DNA from: Verrucomicrobiota bacterium
Lineage (GTDB): Bacteria; Verrucomicrobiota; Verrucomicrobiia; Limisphaerales; CANJXF01
Reading direction: 5' to 3'
Assembly (NCBI GenBank): GCA_038214755.1
Contig: JBBQRQ010000109.1
Coordinates: forward strand, 1-16,736
Length of the DNA: 16,736 bases
Shown piece by piece: positions 8,044 through 16,480 of this stretch. The notes beneath the pieces were generated by a model. That model saw only the letters and a list, made by a program, of their open reading frames with translations, did not search any database and had not been told where the DNA came from. The translations under genes were made by a program, and so were the position numbers. Position 1 is the first letter of the stretch. The number at the start of each line of letters is the position of its first letter.

Positions 8044-8258
8044 AACCCGAACTCCGAAGTTGGATGGGTTAGCACGGGCGACCCGCCCGTGCCGTCCGGC
8101 CACTGGCCGGACGGAATGGGGAGGACGCTGGCATTGGAAACAGAGGCACAGAAAAGTTCGTGCGCTTCCCCCGTTCCGAGCGGCGAGTCGCCGCTCGGCA
8201 CAGGCGGGTCGCCTGTTCTACCCGGCGGCTTCGCCGCCGCTATTTCGGAATTCGGGTT
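8044..8258. mobile_element. MITE/REPIN-like element: 15-bp TIRs enclosing an inverted pair of double-hairpin REPs
   Basis: AACCCGAACTCCGAA (8044-8058) vs TTCGGAATTCGGGTT (8244-8258), 14/15; internal arms at ~8066-8122 and ~8168-8223. Confidence 0.75.
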
Positions 8259-8338
8259 CAACTGCACCCCCAAAGTTCGGCGCTACAAAAGCGACATTGA
8301 CGGCAGAAGTTTAATCAACGATAAATACGTCCGCAAAA

Positions 8339-9355
8339 ATGCTGACTCGCCGAAAAATTTTTAATGGAAAATCCACCGTGATGGTAGCGGTCGCCCTGGT
8401 GGCTGGAGTGATGCAACTGGAGGCTGAACCGATTCAATTCTCCGGTGGAAGCAAGAAATCCGACGAGGGAAAAAAAACGGCGGAAAACCAGAAGCCCCCC
8501 AGCAGCACTTCATTGTCTTCCAAATTATTTCGCCCGTATCGTCCGCTACAATCGGTCACGGGCCTTGGCACGTTCAATCCGCAGCCATTTATCACCGCGC
8601 CTCAGGCTCCAACCGCGCCGCTGGGCAAACACGACGGAGAAGCGCTCGACCGCCAGAAAAATTGGATTTTCCTTAGACCCGATGACGAAAAGAAAAGCGA
8701 CTTGACCGGGAAAGCGCTGGGAGTTCGAAACAACTCACTAGAGCCGAAAAAAAGTGTTCTGACTAAATTTTTGGAAAACAAACCGGTCAACGACACGAAG
8801 GAAGATTCGGACGATAAAGCCGAGCAAGCCAAAAGCCTCAAAGAGCTGTTGTTTGGCCCGGACAACGAAAAAACAAAACGCGAGGGGCAATCCATCGGTT
8901 CGCTGCAGCCACAACTTTTGGAAAGGGATTCGAGAAGCCTGACGATTTCTGACAAGCCAAGTCTGGCCGACTTCTGGAACGACCAAAACAGCCCGAAAGC
9001 AAATCGGTTGCGGGAAGAAAAGGATGCGAACATGAAACAATTCGAAAGTTTCTTTTCCCAAAATGTTCCTGCTTCCATCGCGCCGGGGTTTGGCGTCATT
9101 AACGGGCAAAATCCGCTCACGGCGCAGCCGTTGACCTCCGTCGGACCAGGCTTGGAACGATTCAATTCCTCCGCGCCGCTCGGTTCGTTGGATGCCGTCA
9201 AAGCTGCCGCGCGCAGTAGCTCGCCAGCCATCGCTGCGCTGCCCGATGTGAACAACCGGCTCTTCGGCGCGGGCGCGTCATCCACTCGCACGCCTGATAT
9301 CGCCAGGCCTGTCGCGCAACCGGCGACCCTTCCCTTTCCGAAGCGGCATTTCTGA
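8339..9355 (+). CDS. Hypothetical exported, probably largely disordered protein (338 aa)
   Basis: Hydrophobic N-terminal segment VMVAVALVAGVMQLEA; Ser/Pro/Lys-rich; short conserved-looking motifs EPIQFS, DRQKNWIFLRP and C-terminal LPFPKRHF. Confidence 0.8.
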   Translation: MLTRRKIFNGKSTVMVAVALVAGVMQLEAEPIQFSGGSKKSDEGKKTAENQKPPSSTSLSSKLFRPYRPLQSVTGLGTFNPQPFITAPQAPTAPLGKHDGEALDRQKNWIFLRPDDEKKSDLTGKALGVRNNSLEPKKSVLTKFLENKPVNDTKEDSDDKAEQAKSLKELLFGPDNEKTKREGQSIGSLQPQLLERDSRSLTISDKPSLADFWNDQNSPKANRLREEKDANMKQFESFFSQNVPASIAPGFGVINGQNPLTAQPLTSVGPGLERFNSSAPLGSLDAVKAAARSSSPAIAALPDVNNRLFGAGASSTRTPDIARPVAQPATLPFPKRHF

Positions 9356-9366
9356 ATCGGTGCGGG

Positions 9367-9482
9367 GTAGGGCAGACATTCCTGTCTGCCGGTTAGAGCG
9401 ACTTTCCAGTCGCTCGTTGGAATCGCACTGGCACAGCGGACTGGAAAGTCCGCTCACTGGCAGTCTCGAAAGCCTGCCCTAC
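9367..9482. repeat. GTAG-footed REP doublet between convergent genes; possible bidirectional terminator
   Basis: GTAGGGCAG...CTGCCCTAC termini; internal hairpins ggcagac-attcct-gtctgcc, agcgact-ttcc-agtcgct and agcggact-ggaa-agtccgct. Confidence 0.8.
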
Positions 9483-9490
9483 GCAGAGTC

Positions 9491-10771
9491 TCAAATTTCC
9501 CAGCGCACCACGGGGACAATCGTCCCTGTGGACAACGTAGTTTCCGGCGGCACGTCAACCAGTCCATTGGCTCGCGCGAAGGAGCTTAAAATGTGTGAAG
9601 CCTGAATTCCTGCCGAGCGGACATCTCCTTTTTCATCGACAAAGACGCGGACGAAATGCCGGCGTTTCCCCTGATTTTCCAACCGCTCGGCTAAAATCCC
9701 TGGATGAGTTGGCCAGGAAAAATTTCTTGCTCCCTGCATTTTCGCGAGAGCAGGACTGACGAGTAAAATAAAAGTGACGAATGCGGAAACTGGATTTCCC
9801 GGAAGGCCGAACAAAAATTTATCACCCAGATGTCCAAAGACAAACGGCTTGCCGGGTTTGAGGGAGATTTTCCAAAAATCCAATTGGCCGCCGAGTTGAA
9901 CGAAAGCGTCTTTGACAAAATCCAACTCGCCTACCGAAACGCCGCCGGTGGTGACGACTGCATCGCATTCCGAAAATGCTTTTTCCAGCGTGGTTAAAGT
10001 GGCGGGAAGCGTGTCCGCCACGAGCGGAAAAAGTTTTGGATGAGCGCCGGATTTTTTTGCCAGCGCGGCGAGGGCCGATCGATTGCTTTCAAAAATTTGG
10101 CCCGGCAAAAGCGTTTGACTTGGGAGCGCGGACTTCAGTCCGCTTCGACTTTCGATGGATGAAGCGGAATAAATTCCGCGCTCCGATTCGTTTGCTTCGC
10201 GAAGTTCGCTGCCAGTGGCGAGAAGCCCAACCACCGGCTGGCGGCTCACTCGAATTCTTTTTATTCCGACCGCGCCGAGCAACGCGAGATGACCGGCGCC
10301 TAATCGCGCGCCCGGCTCGGCCAACGTTGCGCCGGATTTAATATCTTCGCCACGGAAGCGAATATTTTCCCACGGCTTGATGGGATCGAGAAAAACAATC
10401 CGGCTAGAATTCTGCGGGTCAACCTGGATGTCCTCTTGCATCGCGACAGCGTCGGCCCCGGCGGGCACGGGAGAGCCGGTAAAAATGCGGACGCATTGGC
10501 CGGAGAAAAGTTCGCCGGAGAAACTTTCGCCGGCGGCAATCTTTCCGATGAGACGCAATGAAGCGGACTGGGCGGGGCTGGCCGAAACCAGATCGTTAGC
10601 GCGAACGGCATATCCATCGACGGCGGAATTATCGAAAGAAGGAAGATCAATTTCAGAAATAATTTTTTCCGCGAGCACGCGGCCAGCGGCGTCAGCGAGT
10701 AAAATAGATTCAGCCGGCAAGGCTTGAACTGCGTGAAGAATTTTTCCCAGCGCTTCCTCCAGTTCGAGCAT
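9491..10771 (-). CDS. moeA: Molybdopterin molybdotransferase MoeA (gephyrin-like), with an in-frame palindromic insertion
   Basis: Motifs GRVLAE, PSFDNSAVDGYAV, RIFTGSPVPAGADAV, NIRFRGED, TGSEL, TTGGVSVGELD, KPGKP and GLPGNPVS. Confidence 0.95.
   Translation of the reverse strand: MLELEEALGKILHAVQALPAESILLADAAGRVLAEKIISEIDLPSFDNSAVDGYAVRANDLVSASPAQSASLRLIGKIAAGESFSGELFSGQCVRIFTGSPVPAGADAVAMQEDIQVDPQNSSRIVFLDPIKPWENIRFRGEDIKSGATLAEPGARLGAGHLALLGAVGIKRIRVSRQPVVGLLATGSELREANESERGIYSASSIESRSGLKSALPSQTLLPGQIFESNRSALAALAKKSGAHPKLFPLVADTLPATLTTLEKAFSECDAVVTTGGVSVGELDFVKDAFVQLGGQLDFWKISLKPGKPFVFGHLGDKFLFGLPGNPVSAFVTFILLVSPALAKMQGARNFSWPTHPGILAERLENQGKRRHFVRVFVDEKGDVRSAGIQASHILSSFARANGLVDVPPETTLSTGTIVPVVRWEI
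10123..10184. repeat. REP-like palindrome inserted inside the moeA coding sequence
   Basis: 24-bp arms ggagcgcggacttcagtccgcttc (10123-10146) and gaagcggaataaattccgcgctcc (10161-10184). Confidence 0.85.
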
Positions 10772-10849
10772 GGCGAAACTGTCGAGTGAAGAATTTCAAA
10801 TGTCGAATACGAATTGCTCGCTCCCCCCTCGACGGCGCATCTTTACCCT

Positions 10850-10994
10850 ACCGCCGTAGCGCAGGTTGCTAACCGCCGTAGCGCAGACTGGCAGTCTGCT
10901 CTATCGCGGATTGCCAATCCGCGACCTCTACCCCCGCGCGCGGACAGCCGACTGCCAGTCGGCCGATACAGCAGAATGCCAATCTGCGCTACGG
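10850..10994. repeat. GTAG-footed REP doublet with a duplicated left end
   Basis: ccgtagcgcaga (10876-10887) / tctgcgctacgg (10983-10994); internal hairpins; accgccgtagcgcag repeated at 10850 and 10872. Confidence 0.8.
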
Positions 10995-11094
10995 TGACTG
11001 CAACCGTCAGCTCCGATTTTCCACGCCAATTTCATTGCGATAATCAGGCGGTGGAGTAACGTCGCTGCGCACCCGGTTGTGTGGACAAAATCAG

Positions 11095-14000
11095 ATGACC
11101 TCATTCTTCATTTTCACGACGCGCCAGTTTTTTCTAAAACAATTCCTCGCGTTGATTTTGATCGGCGGCTCGACTCATGCCCTGCTCGCGCAAACCAATC
11201 CTGTCATTACCACACAACCGTCGAGCCAGACGAATTTTGTCGGCTCCAACACGATCTTCACCGTCGTCGCCGATGGCGCGGCACCGCTGGTTTATCGCTG
11301 GCGTTTCAATGGGGCAACGGTGGTGGATAATTCCCGCATCAGCGGCTCCGCCACTTCCAGCCTCGCCATTTCAAATCTCACTACGGCTGACGCTGGAAAT
11401 TACGATGTGGTCCTCACGAATAGTTTTGGTTCGGTCACGAGCGCCGTGGCTACGCTGACTGTTTTGCAATCGCCCACCTTCCTCGCGCAACCGGCGGGCC
11501 GCTCCGTCGTCTTCGGTTTGCCGACCACTTTCAGCGCCGGTGTCGTCGGCACCGCGCCGCTGAGTTACCAATGGCAATTCAACGGCACGGACATTCCTGA
11601 CGCAACGAACGCGACTTATTCAATCGCATCGGTGGCCGCGACTGATCTCGGAATTTATCGCGTCATCGTGAGCAATGAAGTGGGCGTGGCGACGAGCGCG
11701 GATGCGTTATTGACGCGTGGAAAAATTGTGGCGTGGGGAAGAAATGATTCTGGGCAAACCATTGTTCCAGCGAACCTCACCAATGTAATGATGGTGGCGG
11801 CGGGTGGAATCGGAGGAAATCCCGGATTTAGTTTGGCTTTGCGAACGGACGGGTCAGTCGTCGGTTGGGGAACCAACGGTGATCGCCAGAGGGATGTTCC
11901 CGTTGAATTGAGTAACGTCGTCGCGATTGCCGCCGGTGGAAATCACAGCATGGCGTTGCGCTCCGACGGGAAGGTTTTTGCCTGGGGCTCCAATGCCAGC
12001 GGACAAACGAACGTTCCGAGCTTGAGCAATATCGTAGCGATCGCCGCAGGCGCATATCACAGCCTGGCGTTGCGTTCTGACGGAAAAATTTTCGCATGGG
12101 GAAATAATAGTTATGGCCTAACCAACGTCGGTTCATTTCCCGCGAATATTACGGCCATTGCCTGTGGGCAATATCACAATCTGGCGATCCGTTACGACGG
12201 CGATTTAGTAACGTGGGGGAGCAATTCCGCGGACCAGACTAATCCGCCCGCGGGAGTTACTAACGTGGCCGGCATAGCAGGCGGTTTTTCGCATAGTCTG
12301 ATTCTTCGCTCCAATGGAACCGTACTTGCTTGGGGCTACTATGGGTATGGACAGCCGATTGTGCCTTTGGACCTGACTAACGTCACGATGGTAACAGCGG
12401 GTGATTATTACAGCGCCGCCCTGCGTTCGAACGGGATAGTCGCCGTCTGGGGACGAAATGATCACGGACAGACTAACGTCCCCACAGTCGCCAGTAATCT
12501 CGTCAGCATCGCGGGCGGTGGATCTCATCTACTTGGTCTGGTTGGCGATGACGCGCCACTCATCATTCAGCCGCCGATTGGCGGTGTGAATTATGTCGGG
12601 CGCGAAGCTGTTTTGCGCGGCAAAGCGACTGGCGCGTCACCGTTAAATTATCAATGGCAGTTGAATGGCGTGGAGATTCCCGACGCGACAAATGCGACAC
12701 TCGCCTTTGCCAGTCTTGCCGCGAACGACGCCGGTAATTATCAACTCGTCGTCAGCAACGCGTTCGGCGTGGCGACCAGCGTCCCCGCGCCACTGACGAT
12801 TTTAGATAACATTGCGCCAACGATTTTGGCGCAGCCGCCGTCGCTTCAAACCAATTTTCAAGGAAGCAAAGTAACGTTGAACTTTTCCGTCGCGGGAAAT
12901 GGGCCGCTAAATTTTCAATGGCGATTGAACGGGACGAATATTTTCGGCGCGACCAATCAGGAGTTGGTTTTTGATCCGATTCTTTTCACCAACGCGGGGA
13001 ATTATTCCGCAGTCATCAGCAATCAGATTGGAAACGTGACCAGCGGCACGTTTACCCAACGGGTGCAGACGATCAGAACGTGGGGCTATTCCGACTTTTC
13101 TTCGACGCCGATAGTAACCAACGTAATTTCGGTCGCGGCGGGATCCTACCATTACCTCGCGCTTCGCTCTGACGGAAAAATTCAAGGCTGGGGTTCAAGT
13201 CAAGTGGGCGAATCGACTCCACCAGAGGCTCTTTCCAATTCAACGGTAACGGCAATTGCAGCGGGACCCCTTGAAAGTTTAGCTTTGCGCTCCGACGGGA
13301 GACCTTTCGCCTGGGGTTCTAATTCTTCTGGTCAGACGAATGTCCCGGCTTCTGCGACGAATGTTATCGCGATTGCGGCCGGTCCTTACCATTCGCTGGC
13401 ATTGCGTTTCGGCGGGACGGTTGTGGCGTGGGGACAGAACATTTACGGCCAGACCAACATACCCGTGACTGCAACAAACTTGATCGCAATCGCGACGGGT
13501 GATTACCACTGCCTCGGCCTGCGAGCCAATGGGACAATCATCGGTTGGGGAAACAACTCTTACGGGCAAACAAACATTCCTCAAAGTGCAACGAACATTA
13601 TTGCCATTGCTGCTGGCACATATCATAGCCTCGCGCTGCGAAATAATGGAACACTCATCGCATGGGGTCTTAACAATGCTGGACAAACAAATATTCCTGC
13701 GAGCTTAAGTAACGTGGTCGCCATTTCTGCTTCGGTCTTTCACAGCACCGCGTTGCGCTCGGACGGAACAAGTGTTTTCTGGGGATCGTATAACCGCAAC
13801 GCTGTGCAACCTTCAGACTTAACTAATTTTATCGCAATCGCCGAAGGTGGTGACCACAGCGTTGGCCTCCTCGGCACGCGCGCGCCTGCGATTACCATCC
13901 AGCCGTTCATTCGAACTCTGTTGCAAGGTTCCAACACAATGTTCGTGGCCAAAGCGGTCGGCGCGCAGCCGGTGAGTTATCAATGGCAATGGAATGGCGC

Positions 14001-15033
14001 GAATGTTTCTGACGCGACCAATGACACGCTGACTCTGACCAATCTCCAATTTTCCCAATCCGGCGCTTACCAGTTGATCGTGAGCAATGCCTACGGAGTC
14101 AGCGCGAGCAAACCGGCCAAGCTCGCCGTCGTGCTTCCGCTCGACGAATCGCTCGACACCACGCAAATCAATTGGGCTTCCCTCGGCAGCGAACCTTGGT
14201 TTGGTCAGCCCGCCACCACTCACGATGGCGTGGACGCCGCGCGCAGCGGCGCGATTGCCAACGGGCAGGAATCGGTTTTGCAAACCAGCGTCGGCGGGCC
14301 GGGGCAAATTTCTTTTTGGTGGAAAGTTTCGTCGGAAGCGGTGTTCGATGTTTTAGAATTCCGCTTGAATGGCGCGGTGCGAGTCACGCTCTCCGGCGAA
14401 ACGGATTGGCAGCAACAAGCCTTCTCCATCCCGTCCGGCACGAACTTGCTCCAATGGCGTTACGCGAAAGATTTCAGTTCCAGCGTCGGGCAGGATGCGG
14501 GTTGGGTGGATCAATTCGTTTACACGCCGAACCCGCCGGTCATCACCATGCAACCCATCGGCAAGACGGTGAACATGGGTTCCAACGTTCAGTTCAATGT
14601 CACTGCGACCGGAGCCGCGCCGCTCGTTTATCAGTGGCGAAAAAATTTCACCAACAACGTCGGCCTCAATAGTTCCACGCTCACGCTCAACAATGTTGGC
14701 CGCGCGCAACGCGGAATTTATTTTGTGATCGTGACCAACGCGGGCGGCAGCGTGACGAGCAGCAATGCCATTCTCAATGTCCTCGTGCCCCAACGATTGG
14801 CTTCGCCGTCCATTCAACCGAATGGAACGTTGATCTTCACCGCGCGCGACGCCGATGGAAATCCATTGTCCGAGTCCGATCTGGCGAGGATGCAACTTCA
14901 GGCGAGCACCAATCTGGTGGATTGGAACACGCTTTCAGGAGGATTGATCGTGACCAATGGGAATTTGCAATTCGAAGATGCCGACGCCACGAATGCGCCA
15001 TTGCGTTTCTATCGGATTGTCGAAACGCCGTAG
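11095..15033 (+). CDS. Large secreted protein: SP-Ig-Ig-RCC1(7)-Ig-Ig-RCC1(7)-Ig-beta-sandwich-Ig-C-terminal motif (~1312 aa)
   Basis: Signal peptide ending THALLA; six I-set-like Ig domains (P.I..QP...YQW..NG...G.Y.V.VSN); 14 RCC1/BLIP-II-like repeats (G.V.AWG.N..GQTNVP...V.AIAAG..HSLALRSD); C-terminal LQASTNLVDW...RFYRI. Confidence 0.92.
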   Translation: MTSFFIFTTRQFFLKQFLALILIGGSTHALLAQTNPVITTQPSSQTNFVGSNTIFTVVADGAAPLVYRWRFNGATVVDNSRISGSATSSLAISNLTTADAGNYDVVLTNSFGSVTSAVATLTVLQSPTFLAQPAGRSVVFGLPTTFSAGVVGTAPLSYQWQFNGTDIPDATNATYSIASVAATDLGIYRVIVSNEVGVATSADALLTRGKIVAWGRNDSGQTIVPANLTNVMMVAAGGIGGNPGFSLALRTDGSVVGWGTNGDRQRDVPVELSNVVAIAAGGNHSMALRSDGKVFAWGSNASGQTNVPSLSNIVAIAAGAYHSLALRSDGKIFAWGNNSYGLTNVGSFPANITAIACGQYHNLAIRYDGDLVTWGSNSADQTNPPAGVTNVAGIAGGFSHSLILRSNGTVLAWGYYGYGQPIVPLDLTNVTMVTAGDYYSAALRSNGIVAVWGRNDHGQTNVPTVASNLVSIAGGGSHLLGLVGDDAPLIIQPPIGGVNYVGREAVLRGKATGASPLNYQWQLNGVEIPDATNATLAFASLAANDAGNYQLVVSNAFGVATSVPAPLTILDNIAPTILAQPPSLQTNFQGSKVTLNFSVAGNGPLNFQWRLNGTNIFGATNQELVFDPILFTNAGNYSAVISNQIGNVTSGTFTQRVQTIRTWGYSDFSSTPIVTNVISVAAGSYHYLALRSDGKIQGWGSSQVGESTPPEALSNSTVTAIAAGPLESLALRSDGRPFAWGSNSSGQTNVPASATNVIAIAAGPYHSLALRFGGTVVAWGQNIYGQTNIPVTATNLIAIATGDYHCLGLRANGTIIGWGNNSYGQTNIPQSATNIIAIAAGTYHSLALRNNGTLIAWGLNNAGQTNIPASLSNVVAISASVFHSTALRSDGTSVFWGSYNRNAVQPSDLTNFIAIAEGGDHSVGLLGTRAPAITIQPFIRTLLQGSNTMFVAKAVGAQPVSYQWQWNGANVSDATNDTLTLTNLQFSQSGAYQLIVSNAYGVSASKPAKLAVVLPLDESLDTTQINWASLGSEPWFGQPATTHDGVDAARSGAIANGQESVLQTSVGGPGQISFWWKVSSEAVFDVLEFRLNGAVRVTLSGETDWQQQAFSIPSGTNLLQWRYAKDFSSSVGQDAGWVDQFVYTPNPPVITMQPIGKTVNMGSNVQFNVTATGAAPLVYQWRKNFTNNVGLNSSTLTLNNVGRAQRGIYFVIVTNAGGSVTSSNAILNVLVPQRLASPSIQPNGTLIFTARDADGNPLSESDLARMQLQASTNLVDWNTLSGGLIVTNGNLQFEDADATNAPLRFYRIVETP

Positions 15034-15055
15034 TTCATCACGACCTGTCGAATTC

Positions 15056-15208
15056 AACGCAAAGGCGCAACGACGCGAAGACGCAAGCTAAAGCAGGCTA
15101 ACCTGCGAACCAATCTAAGCTCACCAAACGGTGCGGGTTCATGAGAATCAACATTTCAAAAGAACGGTTTCAAACCTTTGCGTCTCCGCACCCTTGCGTC
15201 TTTGCGTT
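15056..15208. repeat. Palindromic element built from CGCAAAG/ACGCAAG sub-repeats (related to 3902-3995)
   Basis: aacgcaaaggcgcaacgacgcgaagacgcaag pairs with ctttgcgtctccgcacccttgcgtctttgcgtt. Confidence 0.8.
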
Positions 15209-15228
15209 ATGTAAAGCCCGACGCTCAA
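15209..15228 (-). pseudogene. 5' remnant of a probable DUF5615 PIN-like toxin gene (TTG AGC GTC GGG CTT TAC AT)
   Basis: TTG overlaps the DUF433 stop (TTGA); MSVGLY(M) resembles the start of DUF5615 partners; the sequence switches to the repeat arm exactly at 15208. Confidence 0.5.
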
Positions 15229-15536
15229 AGTTTTCCAGCGGCGCGCAACCGGCGGCGCAATGGTGAGTCTGTGGTTTCAGCGGCAAGCGTTTCGGCGCGG
15301 CGACGGCTCTCCTCAATTTGGCGATCAAATTCCGCTTGATGATCGTAGTAATAGGCGAGCGCGGCATAAACTTGGGCGAGCGAAAGGTGCCGATGCTGAT
15401 AATGGATTTCTTCGGCACTCCAACCGTAGGCCAGATGATCGAGCACAACTTCGCTGACTTTGACGTTGGTCTCATCAATCCAGGCTCGATGCTGATCGTC
15501 CAGCCAGATATGCGGCATGGAGAGTATCGTTGACAT
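15225..15536 (-). CDS. DUF433-domain protein (putative antitoxin, 103 aa)
   Basis: AWIDETNVKVSEVV...GWSAEEI...HLSLAQVYAALAYYYDH is the DUF433 HTH-like signature. Confidence 0.88.
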   Translation of the reverse strand: MSTILSMPHIWLDDQHRAWIDETNVKVSEVVLDHLAYGWSAEEIHYQHRHLSLAQVYAALAYYYDHQAEFDRQIEESRRRAETLAAETTDSPLRRRLRAAGKL

Positions 15537-15542
15537 AAATGG

Positions 15543-15571
15543 AACGTAATGAAAGTCGTGCCGGCAAACAA
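15543..15571 (-). promoter_or_regulatory. Putative sigma70 promoter (leaderless) for the DUF433 gene
   Basis: Minus strand TTGTTT-17 nt-TACGTT, then 6 nt to ATG 15536. Confidence 0.45.
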
Positions 15572-15612
15572 TGAAAAGTCTCCTGAGATTTTTCGGAAAG
15601 GAATATTTTTAT

Positions 15613-16302
15613 TTACGAACGCGAAGGTAAGCGCAGATTTGCCAACCGTGTTTTCAATGTAGGATCGGCTTCGCGGTATTCGCGTTCGGCTCGTTCCAGC
15701 GCGGGCCGGATAATGCGCGCACGCACGTCGATTTCTTTGCCCCAAAGCATTTGCCAGAGGAGGCGCGTGTTTATCAGCATGTCGCCGCGGGCGGATTCTT
15801 CGTCGAACTTCGGACGGTAGAGATCGACGGCGAGCTGCAGGTGGCGCGCGAATTCTTCTTCGGTGGGATGACCCGTTTTTTCGATGACGAGACGGAAGGC
15901 GTTCTGATCTTTTTCTTCGAGCCGCTGAAGTTTGCTCACGAGCACGTCCCACGGATGCACGAAAACAAATAAGTGTCCGTGGCGCTCAACTTCGATGGCG
16001 CGGCTTCTCCAGTCGATGGTGCTTTTGAAGGCGAGCGGTTCGCAGACTTGAATGTAGAAATCCGTTTCTCCCTTATTCCATTTATTCTCGGTGACGAATT
16101 CTTCGAGAAACGCAGTGGTGGCTTCTTTTCCGAAGAGATCAATATCTTCGCTAAGGAATGTGCGCTCGACAAAAAGTTGCAACGGCGTGGAACCGAAGAC
16201 CGTGATCTCCAATCGCGGATGGACCGGAAGACGCCGCGCAAATTCGTCAAGCCGCTGTCCGGCTTTCCCGTTCCAATCGAGCTTTTCGGCCAAAAATTCC
16301 AT
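15613..16302 (-). CDS. DUF6036-like nucleotidyltransferase (pol-beta fold), 229 aa
   Basis: ITVFGS...SEDIDL (GS + DxD NTase motif) and HPWDVLVSKLQRLEEKD (K..R..KD motif); ATG at 16302 preferred over TTG 16317. Confidence 0.75.
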   Translation of the reverse strand: MEFLAEKLDWNGKAGQRLDEFARRLPVHPRLEITVFGSTPLQLFVERTFLSEDIDLFGKEATTAFLEEFVTENKWNKGETDFYIQVCEPLAFKSTIDWRSRAIEVERHGHLFVFVHPWDVLVSKLQRLEEKDQNAFRLVIEKTGHPTEEEFARHLQLAVDLYRPKFDEESARGDMLINTRLLWQMLWGKEIDVRARIIRPALERAEREYREADPTLKTRLANLRLPSRS

Positions 16303-16474
16303 AAATTGCCTGATCAATTAACCGCGTTGTCACGCCTTTGTCTTGCGCGAGCCGATGGCCAAGACGAACGTCGCGCGGAGTCAGTCGTCCCTGTTCCTCG
16401 CGCAACAATATGCGCGCGGCGATGCGGGCTTTGCGCCAGCATCGGTCGAGTCGTTCGGGCGAATTGTTCGTCAC
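16247..16474 (-). CDS. Small basic hypothetical protein (75 aa), likely partner of the nucleotidyltransferase
   Basis: GTG at 16474 lies 6 nt after a strong -10; Arg-rich helical sequence; overlaps the NTase start by 56 nt. Confidence 0.55.
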   Translation of the reverse strand: MTNNSPERLDRCWRKARIAARILLREEQGRLTPRDVRLGHRLAQDKGVTTRLIDQAIYGIFGRKARLERESRTAA

Positions 16475-16480
16475 GGATGT

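Noticed and set aside
7746..8273. 176-aa N-terminal extension of LeuC in the ORF track
   Set aside because: It is translated repeat DNA; the family start MTLTEKILA and a promoter sit at 7745-7784
6468..9291. Long antisense ORFs (6468..7322, 7790..8314, 8602..9291) and similar shadow ORFs elsewhere
   Set aside because: They overlap well-supported genes or repeats and show no recognisable motifs
11719..13875. Diversity-generating retroelement target in the RCC1 repeats
   Set aside because: No reverse transcriptase and no near-identical TR/VR pair with adenine-specific differences
15170..15952. 260-aa minus-strand ORF spanning the NTase and DUF433 genes
   Set aside because: Alternative-frame artefact overlapping two motif-supported CDSs
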